Shown: positions 42,853 through 51,977 of the stretch, piece after piece
Layout: each line of letters begins with the position of its first letter
Numbering within the stretch: position 1 is the first letter of the stretch
Source: a virus
Taxonomy: Duplodnaviria > Heunggongvirae > Uroviricota > Caudoviricetes
DNA: 64,000 nt
Reading direction: 5' to 3' (one strand)
Virus record (IMG/VR): IMGVR_UViG_3300028260_000001
Location: 184,333-248,332 of that record
Made by a program: the position numbers and the translations under genes
Notes under the pieces: model-generated
What the model saw: the letters and a program-made list of their open reading frames with translations, nothing else
Told to the model about the DNA's origin: nothing
Databases searched by the model: none

Positions 42853-43033
42853 CAACGTCGCACACGGGCAGAATGTCTCCATTCTGTCTGCCGCTGTCGA
42901 ACTGGGCGCTGAAGCAATTCAGCGCATCCTCGGCACGGAACATACCTCTTCCACACTGAACGGGGTATTCCTAACCAAGCAAGACATCCAGGAAGCCCTG
43001 GCTGCCCGTATCGCAAAACAACTCGCAATCTAA
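42836..43033 (+). CDS. small hypothetical protein
   Basis: ATG 42836 after GAGGAA SD, fills the gap between vRNAP beta and the next gene. Confidence 0.65.
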   Translation: MQNLSNNVAHGQNVSILSAAVELGAEAIQRILGTEHTSSTLNGVFLTKQDIQEALAARIAKQLAI

Positions 43034-43043
43034 AGGAAACATC

Positions 43044-44672
43044 ATGTCTGATATCGCCACTACCGTGCAGTCTGTTAAGCTGATTGCACAGCAACTGACT
43101 GAAGCCAGTCAAGTTCTGGTCGTTCCGAATCCTGAGTTTCCTATTGCTCAGTTCGCCAGCGGTTACGCTGTAGACCAAGCCCCAAGTGCTGCCCCAGTCT
43201 CTGAAGAACTTACCGCCTCTGTCGAAGAACACTTCGAAGAGATGAACGAAGAACAACCGATCCATGTAGAAGAAGACCAAGCTGACCTGATCGGGTTGGT
43301 AGCTGCTGCTCTGGGCAAGATTCAGTACAACGTAGCTAACGTCGTTATCCCAGGTGTGGATTCGATGGTTCGTGATTTCAACGAGCGTCAGAAAGTATCT
43401 ACTGCTGCTGACGTACGTGCTGATTACTTCCGTTACGATGCTGTTCACTCGGAACCACGTCTGACTTCGCATCTGCAAAATTACGCTAACGTCAACCCAC
43501 AGCCTAACTACCGGACTTTCATCCTGGAAGCTAAAGGTGTTGAACAGATCATCGAAATGGTCTCGATCAATAACCCACATGCTGATCGTGAGCAAGTTAC
43601 CGAGTGGTTGCTGAAAGTAGATCCAGAAACCATTAGCCGTACTTATGCAGATCTGTTCAACCGTCACAAAGCACTGACTGTTGGTGAGCTGTCGTTTGTT
43701 GTTGGCACTAATGCACCGTTCAACGTTGATGCTCTGCTGCTGGCATATTTCCTGTGTGGTCATCTGGGTGAGAACCCATGTGAACCAGTCGGTGAATCGG
43801 TATCCTACGAAGAGTGGGTACACGTCATGCGCATGCTCCACGAGATGCTTGGTGCTTACCTGCTGCGTGCTTATCAGCGTCGTGCTGAAGATCAACGCAA
43901 CGGTGTATTCATCCTGCGTTCGGAAGCCGCTAATGCGGTTGAGAATCGTCGTCTGGTCGTATGGCTGAACGGTGACTGCGAAGCACAATGGAAAGCTGCT
44001 AATGGTGATCTGTCTGCTGTCCTGGGTTCTGCTCTGGAAGCTGAAGGTTCTCAAACCATCGCTCGCCTGGAAGAACGCAAAGCTTACTTCATTCAGAAGT
44101 TCCAAGCTGTGTATCCACTGATCCAGCAAGCTGCTGCTGACAACGCTGAACGTAGCCGTCGTAAGGACATGGTCGAAGCCTTCTTCGAACAAGCCCAACA
44201 AGGCACTATGGCTGAGATGCAGGTAGATGGTCTGCGTGAGAAGATCGTTGATGCTATCCGTAAGGTTCGTCCTGAGCAACTGGATAACGAATTCCTGGCC
44301 TTTGGTAATCTGATTTGCCAACTGTACTTCCCTGAGTCTATCTACTGGGAATACATGTGCCTGATGGATCAGTTCAGTCAGCAAGATTCGACCATGTCTT
44401 CACGTGAGATGTCGACTCAAGCTCTGCTGTCGCTGTACGCTGCATGGGCTGCATCGCAGATCCAAGTAGATCGCTTCAAACCAGATGCTGCTGAACTACC
44501 AGCACAACCACTGGAAGAACCTACTGGTGGTGAAGCTGAATCGGCTATTGCTGATGCTTCGACTGGTGAAGGTCCATTGGTTGAGGAAACTGATCCTGAG
44601 ATGGAAGCTGCCGATGCAGCTGACGCTGAAGGTGAATCGACTGAAGATCCAGAACACGAACAACAAGTCTAA
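43044..44672 (+). CDS. virion/head-associated protein (phiKZ gp177-like position)
   Basis: 542 aa, strong codon bias, acidic termini, synteny. Confidence 0.75.
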   Translation: MSDIATTVQSVKLIAQQLTEASQVLVVPNPEFPIAQFASGYAVDQAPSAAPVSEELTASVEEHFEEMNEEQPIHVEEDQADLIGLVAAALGKIQYNVANVVIPGVDSMVRDFNERQKVSTAADVRADYFRYDAVHSEPRLTSHLQNYANVNPQPNYRTFILEAKGVEQIIEMVSINNPHADREQVTEWLLKVDPETISRTYADLFNRHKALTVGELSFVVGTNAPFNVDALLLAYFLCGHLGENPCEPVGESVSYEEWVHVMRMLHEMLGAYLLRAYQRRAEDQRNGVFILRSEAANAVENRRLVVWLNGDCEAQWKAANGDLSAVLGSALEAEGSQTIARLEERKAYFIQKFQAVYPLIQQAAADNAERSRRKDMVEAFFEQAQQGTMAEMQVDGLREKIVDAIRKVRPEQLDNEFLAFGNLICQLYFPESIYWEYMCLMDQFSQQDSTMSSREMSTQALLSLYAAWAASQIQVDRFKPDAAELPAQPLEEPTGGEAESAIADASTGEGPLVEETDPEMEAADAADAEGESTEDPEHEQQV

Positions 44673-44682
44673 GAGGTGATAC

Positions 44683-45396
44683 ATGGAGCTGAAGCGTAAC
44701 GCAGCTCGTGTATTCGAACACTTGCATCGTCAAGATAATGGGAGCACTATTACAGATGCTCCCTGCAAGATTCATGTCCCCGTACGATTTCAGAATAAGG
44801 ACCTAGCGATCCTAGGTTCTGAAGTCTTTATCGTCGGTTTCTATGCGATCATCATAAACGACGAATACTACGGTGTCGACAACACGATTGCAATGATGCA
44901 GATCCGTCCTAGTTCTACAAACAAAGTTACCGTTCGAGGAACCGATTATTTCGAGTTCTCTTTCGAACCAGGTGATGTAGTGTTTGTGAATAACCACCTT
45001 GTAGTGAACGATACCTTGACTTATTACCTTTACGACGAACTCGTTGCTAAAGGGAACATTCCTTGGTATATGAACTACTACGACATGTCGAAGATGTTTG
45101 ACACTGCGTCTTATCACGCTGGTGTTAACTTGGGTTCTCGAGCTATTCTGGAACTGATTATCTCAACGACTGCTCGTGACAAAGATGACTTAACGCGACT
45201 GTATCGTCATATTCTCAATCGACATGAAGATGTTGTTGAGAACCCACCAAAAGTTATTCCCTTCCGCTCGGTAGTTTGGAACACCTCTGACACTACTAGC
45301 CGGTTGAACGGTGCTTACTTCTCTGACGCTATTAACACAGCGGTAGTGAACCCTAGTGAGTCCGTAGAACTGATTGAAGAAATCCTCCGTACATAA
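44683..45396 (+). CDS. conserved structural/morphogenesis protein (gp176-like position)
   Basis: 237 aa, synteny with the protease gene. Confidence 0.7.
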   Translation: MELKRNAARVFEHLHRQDNGSTITDAPCKIHVPVRFQNKDLAILGSEVFIVGFYAIIINDEYYGVDNTIAMMQIRPSSTNKVTVRGTDYFEFSFEPGDVVFVNNHLVVNDTLTYYLYDELVAKGNIPWYMNYYDMSKMFDTASYHAGVNLGSRAILELIISTTARDKDDLTRLYRHILNRHEDVVENPPKVIPFRSVVWNTSDTTSRLNGAYFSDAINTAVVNPSESVELIEEILRT

Positions 45397-45407
45397 GGAA
45401 CACCACT

Positions 45408-46244
45408 ATGGGCGCAGCTCAAGATTTATTCGGTGTCCAAAAGCAAGCCGGTAACCAAGTACGTATCAGTGGCAGTCTCCTGACTGCCGGTGGTAAGAAA
45501 GGTATCCTGACCCCCGATGCAGATGGTTACTTTACTCTGTGCGTCGGTGCTTATGGCACCCACAACTCCGCCGGTATGTTTTATGATGCCGCTTCCGGTG
45601 TATCGATGTTCGAACCCGGTTCTCCATTGATGCGACGTTTGCTGAAGCAAGTGCTGTACATGGAATTCAAACACCCAGAGCCATGGGAATGGGTTCTGAA
45701 AGATGGTGAGAAATGCAAACGCTACATGGACGATCGTGAATACCTAAACCGTATTCGTAAGATCGACGATGATCGTGTATGTGCTCACATCCGTGCTCTG
45801 ACTATCGTTGATGGTAAAGACGAACAAGGTCGTCCTTGTAAGTTGGTAATCGCTGAAGTTCGACCACATGGTCCTTTTGCTAAAGTCTTCTTAGACTCTG
45901 TTACTAACCCACACATCAACACTTATTGCTCCGTACGTTCGATCACACAAGACGACGTAATGCGTGGCATTAAGTACACCCGTGAGATCTCTACTTGGGA
46001 CTTCGTAGGTGAAGGTGGTATCTACGTTGCTGGTAAGCACAACTCTCCAGCACTGGAAGGCTTTAAAGAAGCTGAAACCGAGATGACCATCAACCCAACT
46101 ACTCTGTGGGCAATGCAAGATGAAGCTGAGAAGCGTAAGCGACTGGGCTTGGAATCTGCTGAGCAACTAGATGTTTCGGATCTGATCCGTAACCTAGGTT
46201 GGGAACGTCGTCCTGCTACCCGTCGTCCGGGTTACATGCGATAA
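45408..46244 (+). CDS. prohead (head maturation) serine protease, phiKZ gp175-like
   Basis: CAHIR (His), V.P.GP, CSVRS (Ser), TWDFV.EGGI, C-terminal ALE/GLE autocleavage-type sites. Confidence 0.85.
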   Translation: MGAAQDLFGVQKQAGNQVRISGSLLTAGGKKGILTPDADGYFTLCVGAYGTHNSAGMFYDAASGVSMFEPGSPLMRRLLKQVLYMEFKHPEPWEWVLKDGEKCKRYMDDREYLNRIRKIDDDRVCAHIRALTIVDGKDEQGRPCKLVIAEVRPHGPFAKVFLDSVTNPHINTYCSVRSITQDDVMRGIKYTREISTWDFVGEGGIYVAGKHNSPALEGFKEAETEMTINPTTLWAMQDEAEKRKRLGLESAEQLDVSDLIRNLGWERRPATRRPGYMR

Positions 46245-46261
46245 AAAAAAATACAGCATAG

Positions 46262-46281
46262 GGCTACCCCGAAGGGTAGCC
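46262..46281. terminator. bidirectional hairpin terminator
   Basis: GGCTACCC-CGAA-GGGTAGCC between convergent genes, TATG on both flanks. Confidence 0.85.
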
Positions 46282-46290
46282 ATTATGTCG

Positions 46291-46569
46291 TCATGCAGCT
46301 TTAAGGATGTCGTGAGAGGCATCCTCTATGACATCGTGTACGATATCACAACCGTAGTTATTCAGGGTAGTGGAACCCTTACGGCTACGGACATCGTAGC
46401 TAATAACCTTACGCCCTTTTGCAACTACTATAAACATACCGGTAGCAGGATCATACGTGACCTTGTTCAGTCCACGCTCAATCTCGAAACCGTTAGCTGC
46501 TTCTGGTTTTGCGATCAATGCATGGATCATATCTGCTACACGTGCAAAGTTACCCATTTCAAACTCCAT
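46291..46569 (-). CDS. hypothetical early protein (monocistronic)
   Basis: 92 aa between an early promoter and a terminator. Confidence 0.75.
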   Translation of the reverse strand: MEFEMGNFARVADMIHALIAKPEAANGFEIERGLNKVTYDPATGMFIVVAKGRKVISYDVRSRKGSTTLNNYGCDIVHDVIEDASHDILKAA

Positions 46570-46590
46570 GATGGTTGTTTTATCACAAGA

Positions 46591-46598
46591 GTAATATA
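46591..46598 (-). promoter_or_regulatory. early promoter core TATATTAC
   Basis: Exact consensus 21 nt upstream of 46569. Confidence 0.75.
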
Positions 46599-46627
46599 GG
46601 CTTGTAGGAAAGTCTAATGCAGCATAA

Positions 46628-46645
46628 AGCCTCCCGAAGGAGACT
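46628..46645 (-). terminator. short UUCG hairpin terminator
   Basis: CTCC-TTCG-GGAG core then TTTATGC at the stop of the upstream gene. Confidence 0.65.
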
Positions 46646-47738
46646 ATGCTGTTGTTGTCAGAGGGTACATTGTGTTAACCAGTTCTTCGACTCGCATTGG
46701 AACGTAGAAAGGGGCAGTGAGGATAGCGTCTCTGTAAACATCGCTCGACAAGAACAACGTCACAGCGTCTTCAGAAGCAGTGCACAGTGTGCCTAGGTTC
46801 CATACACGGTCATTGTTACGGCTAGTCCAGAACCAATCTGGTTTTAACATGTCCATTAGTTGAACAAGCTTAGTCAGTTGTGACGGGTAATCAGCTACTG
46901 TGATTCCTTCTACGAACGCGAAGTTCGATAGTACCTTGGTAGCGAAGTCTGGTGTGTTTGCATTGAGAGCATTAGCACCGATGTTCTGGTAGATCTTCTC
47001 GCATTCTATGCCAGTACCCTCACCAGTCCCAGCTTTGCACGTATACGAACTAGAGTTCACATTAGCGTAAGCCAACAGCACATCCAAAGAACTAGATGCA
47101 GAGATTCGCTCGGCTGAACGTTTGATTACCGTGTACTTAGTACGATCGGGTTGATCCTTAAGTACGGTATCGATGAGGGACGGTACACCCCATGCAGATA
47201 CTTCTTCTACTACACCACGCAGTACAGCTGCTTCTGCACCCAAGTCAAACATCTTGAGCATTGGGGTATTAGTTAGGTCAGAGATGAAACCAACCATTGC
47301 ACTGACTTGGTTATAACCACCATTCTTAAACGAGTCGATTACTACTCGTCCTTCGGAGGTCATCAGTTCAATCGTGCGTGCCATATCGGTAGCAGTCTTG
47401 ACGTAGTTGGTACTCTTGTCAGTGCCAGTCAGCTCGCCCATGATCATCTTTTCAGTAGACGTGGCCAGTTTCACAATGTCAGCACGAGAACCCTTCAGAA
47501 CGCCTTGTACACGCCTTAACGCCGATGGTAGATCGATTGTGTCGGTACGGAGCTTCTCACCAATGCCTTTTGTGATACTTACAGCTTTATCAAACGCGTC
47601 ACCTAGACCTGATGTAAACGAATCGATCTTAGATGACAATGCCGTACGGAGTTCCGATGAAGTTTCTCCATAAGCATCTACTACTTTGGTTAGGTCCTCA
47701 GGAGAACCCAAGAATGAAGGTAAAGCTAATGCTGCCAT
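46644..47738 (-). CDS. virion structural protein (gp174-like position)
   Basis: Start trimmed to MAALALP at 47738 after AAGGAA SD; synteny. Confidence 0.7.
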   Translation of the reverse strand: MAALALPSFLGSPEDLTKVVDAYGETSSELRTALSSKIDSFTSGLGDAFDKAVSITKGIGEKLRTDTIDLPSALRRVQGVLKGSRADIVKLATSTEKMIMGELTGTDKSTNYVKTATDMARTIELMTSEGRVVIDSFKNGGYNQVSAMVGFISDLTNTPMLKMFDLGAEAAVLRGVVEEVSAWGVPSLIDTVLKDQPDRTKYTVIKRSAERISASSSLDVLLAYANVNSSSYTCKAGTGEGTGIECEKIYQNIGANALNANTPDFATKVLSNFAFVEGITVADYPSQLTKLVQLMDMLKPDWFWTSRNNDRVWNLGTLCTASEDAVTLFLSSDVYRDAILTAPFYVPMRVEELVNTMYPLTTTA

Positions 47739-47793
47739 GTTTACGTTCCTTGAAAAAAAAAAAAATAAGAGGTTCATAAGATCAGGCATAGCA

Positions 47794-47811
47794 GCCTCCC
47801 CGAAGGGAGGC
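47794..47811 (-). terminator. hairpin terminator, UUCG loop
   Basis: GCCTCCC-TTCG-GGGAGGC then TGCTATGCC. Confidence 0.85.
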
Positions 47812-47818
47812 CACTGTT

Positions 47819-48205
47819 TTACAACGATTCTACAACTTCACGGACAATGCTCAGCCATTCCAGATCAGCCGAATTCGCTTTATCCCCGATGACGACCGAA
47901 GTCTTTCGGTTAGCGACCAGTTTGATCATTGGACGATTTGCAACATCTCGAACGAGTGCACCTTTCAAGATATCCTTCAAATCACGGACGAACACATAAG
48001 GCGCTTGCTTCTGCTGCAATGTTTCGAAATCGTGCGGGTATACCGCTCGCAACCAAGCTGGGTCCGAAGACCCAGTGATCAAGTACATACGCAAACCGCG
48101 ATAAGTACGGAAGTTCAAACCTGTGGCTGTTTGTTTGGGGGTTTGGTTGTCAATCGAGAAAGGGTTATCTCGAGTGATCTTGCTCAGGTCCAGAACTTTT
48201 TGCAT
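47819..48205 (-). CDS. hypothetical protein
   Basis: 128 aa, coupled to upstream gene. Confidence 0.75.
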   Translation of the reverse strand: MQKVLDLSKITRDNPFSIDNQTPKQTATGLNFRTYRGLRMYLITGSSDPAWLRAVYPHDFETLQQKQAPYVFVRDLKDILKGALVRDVANRPMIKLVANRKTSVVIGDKANSADLEWLSIVREVVESL

Positions 48206-48963
48206 TACGCGATCTCGCTGTACGGATTTTCGATAGTAGCAGAATACTCAGCATCAGGCATACTGAGGATCAAGTGCGGATCATCTGTCCACTTCAACTT
48301 CAGGGTGTACACTTCTTTTTGTGGTTTCAACAACAGGATGCCACGTCGGAATACGTTCCACGAAAGCTTTCCATCCAAAAGCGCTCGTTTCATCATGCTG
48401 ATGGTCGAGTTAAGTTCCGACTTCTTAACGCCGACATTGTTTACTGGATTATCGGAATAGTCCTGGAACAGTTGCTCCCACTTGGCTTCATCGACACCCT
48501 CACGAGCTACGATGTGTCGGAACAAATATGCCAGAGTCGATACCGGTTTCTTGGCTTTACTGAATACGCTACAATCTGCGTACGTGAAGACGTCCTTATA
48601 CTGCTTAGATTCATCAGCAGCGGGATCGATCAAGATCTCGTACGTAGTGCTACTGCCGTCACGCCAGGTATATTCCATCACCAGCTTTGCTTCCATTGGT
48701 GACAGGAAGTCCATCGCTTTCTTGAACCCAGCCCAAGGCAGATCGTCGTTCAACAATGCCTTGTTGAGATTCCCCTTATCGGGTTTCTCTTGGTTATGGG
48801 GTTTCTCGAAATACGCGGTCAGTCGCTTGTTCCAAACGATCTGATTCACACGACGCCACAACAGTACTTCCCGGAACAGGAAGCACAATACGCCTTGTGC
48901 ACGGTTTTTACCTTTGAGTGGATCGGTCAGTAGATCTTTTACGGATTCCATGTTGCTTCGCAC
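48205..48963 (-). CDS. hypothetical protein built from two internal repeats
   Basis: 252 aa; LxxLFR...W...ALL...W..F repeated twice. Confidence 0.8.
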   Translation of the reverse strand: MRSNMESVKDLLTDPLKGKNRAQGVLCFLFREVLLWRRVNQIVWNKRLTAYFEKPHNQEKPDKGNLNKALLNDDLPWAGFKKAMDFLSPMEAKLVMEYTWRDGSSTTYEILIDPAADESKQYKDVFTYADCSVFSKAKKPVSTLAYLFRHIVAREGVDEAKWEQLFQDYSDNPVNNVGVKKSELNSTISMMKRALLDGKLSWNVFRRGILLLKPQKEVYTLKLKWTDDPHLILSMPDAEYSATIENPYSEIA

Positions 48964-49006
48964 CTACGGTGTACATTGAAAAGGGTTTGATATTGCTAAA
49001 ACCATT

Positions 49007-49558
49007 TTAACTGGATTGGGCTTCTCCTTGGTCGTGAAGGATTTCAATGATCAGGTCCGACAACGTATAGATGTCGAAGTACACATGCAGCATCTTGCGT
49101 TGACCATAAGTACCCTCGATGTTCTCCAGGATACCACAGTGCGCTTGTAGCAGTTGACGCAGTTGTTCCAGACACTCTTTGATGTTCAAGTGTCCATGGA
49201 TTGGATCGTAGAAGTAATTATCCAGATCAACGTCGGCTTGGTGCATAACACCCGTGCGCGTAACGTATTCAATCCGAGAGTCTTGCTCATTAGCGATTGC
49301 GTCATTTGCATCCAATAGTACTTGATGCAGCTGAGCAAAATTCCGATGCCGCAGTTGTCCGACATGACCCATCACATCACGAATAGCTAAGCCATCCAGT
49401 AATGACATATCAAACAACCGCCAGAATTCTTTGAGTTTGACGGGGTAGTCTTCAGGTTTGCAGTTTGCCCCGTCGATGCTGTCGAGGATATCCGCATAAC
49501 TTTCAAGCAGGTTATTACGGCGCCAACGCCTGTAATAGTTGATGATCTTCGAGAACAT
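49007..49558 (-). CDS. hypothetical protein
   Basis: 183 aa, GGAG SD. Confidence 0.75.
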   Translation of the reverse strand: MFSKIINYYRRWRRNNLLESYADILDSIDGANCKPEDYPVKLKEFWRLFDMSLLDGLAIRDVMGHVGQLRHRNFAQLHQVLLDANDAIANEQDSRIEYVTRTGVMHQADVDLDNYFYDPIHGHLNIKECLEQLRQLLQAHCGILENIEGTYGQRKMLHVYFDIYTLSDLIIEILHDQGEAQSS

Positions 49559-49641
49559 CTTATGAACTCCAGAATGCCGATTACGGTATATTGTTAATCA
49601 GTTGAGTATTCATTTACTCGCAAAGAATAAGGAACACTGCC

Positions 49642-50097
49642 ATGACTCATGCTGCTACCGCAATGACTATCGATGAACAAATTGCATGGGGCCAGGAAAT
49701 CCGTGAGACCATCGTAATCGAGAAGATGTCTCAAGGTATCGCCAATTGTGACAAAGACGATATTGACATCATCTTGAAGGCGACTAAAGATCACACGCAA
49801 GCCGCCATTCAGAACCGTCGTAACCAGATCGAAGAGCAAGGCAACAAATCTAACAGCGATCTGTTGGGTGCCATGGCTGAGATGATCCGACTACAGAAGA
49901 ACCGTAACCCATTCGAACGTGCACCGGAAGAAGCCAGCACTGTCTCGGAAGGCCAAGTCCCTGACGTTAAGCTTGAGGACCTGGGTGATTACACTCACGC
50001 TACCGGTGAAGATCACATTGGTTTGGTGAATGAAACTTCTGATCAATTCCAAGAGCGTATGAAAGCTCTACGGGAAGCTCAGGATAATGCGGAATAA
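49642..50097 (+). CDS. hypothetical acidic protein
   Basis: 151 aa, AAGGAA SD. Confidence 0.8.
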   Translation: MTHAATAMTIDEQIAWGQEIRETIVIEKMSQGIANCDKDDIDIILKATKDHTQAAIQNRRNQIEEQGNKSNSDLLGAMAEMIRLQKNRNPFERAPEEASTVSEGQVPDVKLEDLGDYTHATGEDHIGLVNETSDQFQERMKALREAQDNAE

Positions 50098-50114
50098 AAA
50101 GAAAATTGATACTA

Positions 50115-50141
50115 GCCCCTCTCCTTTTTAGGGAGAGGGGC
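50115..50141. terminator. bidirectional hairpin terminator
   Basis: GCCCCTCTCC...GGAGAGGGGC between convergent genes. Confidence 0.85.
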
Positions 50142-50147
50142 AGTATG

Positions 50148-50309
50148 TCATTCTGCGGCTTTTTCTGCTTCCGGGGCTGGCAGCAACTGAGGTTCTTTCA
50201 CTTCTTCGAATTCTGCATCAACAACAGTGGTATTGCCATTGATGTAGCGATACGCCAGGTAACCGATTGCAACCAGACCAGTAACGCCAGCAATGGTGGA
50301 AAGCTTCAT
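50148..50309 (-). CDS. 53 aa single-pass membrane microprotein (MKLSTIAGVTGLVAIGYLAYRY...)
   Basis: Translated by hand; AGGAG SD; below the ORF-track length cutoff. Confidence 0.75.
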   Translation of the reverse strand: MKLSTIAGVTGLVAIGYLAYRYINGNTTVVDAEFEEVKEPQLLPAPEAEKAAE

Positions 50310-50326
50310 CTACAACTCCTAGTGGT

Positions 50327-50494
50327 TTATTTGTTACGCAGATAGTCAACAGCGATCGCAGTAGCAACAACCCCGATCGCAATGTATGCAGCATGGTGCC
50401 AGCTTGGGTCAGACTTCTTGATCGTGCGACGATCAACATTGACCTTGCCAGTTTTGGTATTAAACGAGACTTTGCCAATTTTAATCGTAGCCAT
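50327..50494 (-). CDS. 55 aa microprotein with C-terminal membrane segment (MATIKIGKVSF...IAIGVVATAIAVDYLRNK)
   Basis: Translated by hand; GAGGAA SD; first gene after the early promoter. Confidence 0.75.
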   Translation of the reverse strand: MATIKIGKVSFNTKTGKVNVDRRTIKKSDPSWHHAAYIAIGVVATAIAVDYLRNK

Positions 50495-50547
50495 GATCAT
50501 TTCCTCAGAAGAGTAGAAGTCCGAATTCTTTCACTATATTCACGGTT

Positions 50548-50555
50548 GTAATATA
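50548..50555 (-). promoter_or_regulatory. early promoter core TATATTAC
   Basis: Exact consensus upstream of two microprotein genes. Confidence 0.75.
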
Positions 50556-50574
50556 GCTGTTTAAAAGTTTTAAA

Positions 50575-50817
50575 TCAACCTACGCTGCCACCACGGGGGA
50601 TGTCTGGCACAGGATCTTTCAATTCGATCTTTACATTTGGAACAGTTTCACCATTCATGTTCGACCATTCAATGGACAGACTGGTTACACGGGACAACAA
50701 TGTTGGATTACGTTCAACCAAAGCATCTGCACTCGCCAACAATGCATTCAGTTTGTCGGTCGCCTTACTGTGAGTTGGGCGAGTCAGGTTGTACAGCTGG
50801 CTTGCAAGTTGCGACAT
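50575..50817 (-). CDS. hypothetical protein
   Basis: 80 aa ORF. Confidence 0.7.
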   Translation of the reverse strand: MSQLASQLYNLTRPTHSKATDKLNALLASADALVERNPTLLSRVTSLSIEWSNMNGETVPNVKIELKDPVPDIPRGGSVG

Positions 50818-50820
50818 GAT

Positions 50821-51234
50821 TCAGCCTTTCAAGTTACGGATTTCTTCGTAGATGTAACCGTCCCACAGGGAACGCTCACGGAAGTCTGGTTCGGTGATAA
50901 TGCCAATCTCACGAATCCGATTGTCGCTATCCAGAGTTCGTTGGTAATCGGTAAAGTGTACACGATCACTACCCAGTGCGTGCGCACGATAGATCCATGC
51001 ATCTCGTTGATCCGTGAAGAAATGCACCTCTTCTTGGAACACGTTGGTTAGGTCTTGTTTATCGCAGTGCTCAACCTTAACAGCGAAGAACCACTTGGAT
51101 CGATCCATCGAGTCATCGAAAGAACAAACCCACATGGTTACATGTCGATCAGTTTCTGGTTCGCGACAGATTCCAGCCAAAGCAACAGGCGTACGGAACT
51201 CAGGGAGTTTCTCTTTGAAATAGTTGCGTTCCAT
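50821..51234 (-). CDS. hypothetical early protein
   Basis: 137 aa, downstream of promoter 51277. Confidence 0.75.
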   Translation of the reverse strand: MERNYFKEKLPEFRTPVALAGICREPETDRHVTMWVCSFDDSMDRSKWFFAVKVEHCDKQDLTNVFQEEVHFFTDQRDAWIYRAHALGSDRVHFTDYQRTLDSDNRIREIGIITEPDFRERSLWDGYIYEEIRNLKG

Positions 51235-51276
51235 TATTACCTACGTTTCCTCTTTGTTCGTCTATATACCAAAATA

Positions 51277-51296
51277 GTAATATAGATCTGAGATTT
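51277..51296 (-). promoter_or_regulatory. early promoter
   Basis: AAATCTCAGATCTATATTAC, identical to 26725-26744. Confidence 0.8.
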
Positions 51297-51321
51297 AATG
51301 GAGTTGACAAAAAGGCCATCC

Positions 51322-51954
51322 TTAAAGGATGAACCAATTAGGCCACTTATCGGAACGACATCTATCTAGGGTAGACTGTACGGATAATCCGACAGCTTTA
51401 GCTGCATCTGACCCGCTTCTATATTCTACACCATCGATGGACATTCGCCGACAATTGTGCTTACCCAACTTCGCTTTATGTTCAGGTGAGAACTTCCGAC
51501 CTTTACGGGTAGCTGACATCTTTGCACGTGTTTCTTCGGTGTGTCCAAGACCCATGTGTGAGGCAGACATCTGCGCTCTAGTTTCTAGTGATTTAACCCT
51601 ACCTGTATTTGCTTTACTAATCCTCGCTAAACCATCGTCAGTAATCTGGCAACCATTACCCAACTGATTGATGAGATATGGATTACCAGAGTGGGCTTGA
51701 ATAAAGGTGTTCTCTAAATAACGTGCATTCTGTATATGTTCGACGAACATAGTTTCCCATTCGAGATTAGGGTCATCGTTATACAGATCTTGAAGATTGC
51801 TGTTGTCGTGCACGCCTTTACGAAGCTGTGCAAGATGTTGTCTTTTGCGACGTTTAAAATCAGTGGTAGATCCAAAATAAAACTTTTTTGTTTTAGTGTG
51901 GATCACAGTGTATACACAATTCACAGTGACTCCAATTACTAGGGTATTTGACAC
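51322..51954 (-). mobile_element. free-standing GIY-YIG homing endonuclease with NUMOD3 repeats and C-terminal HTH
   Basis: CVY-x10-FYFGST, R...H..., E..FI...LIN; SLETRAQMS/HTEETRAKMS repeats; AT-richer codon usage; likely start GTG 51924. Confidence 0.88.
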
Positions 51955-51977
51955 CCTAGTAATGTAGATGTCAAAGG

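Noticed and set aside
42819-44384. 521 aa antisense ORF (also 38638..39717, 40534..41751, 57978..58988, 59831..60862, 31217..31969)
   Set aside because: Shadow ORFs opposite strongly codon-biased structural genes; no SD, no motifs, unnatural composition
47752-47765. Long A homopolymer (also 18966-18975, 46244-46251)
   Set aside because: Intergenic T-tracts downstream of terminators on the minus strand; no phase-variation target, and lengths may be sequencing-dependent
50218-50478. 86 aa ORF from the track
   Set aside because: Wrong frame; two shorter ORFs with SDs and clear TM segments explain the region
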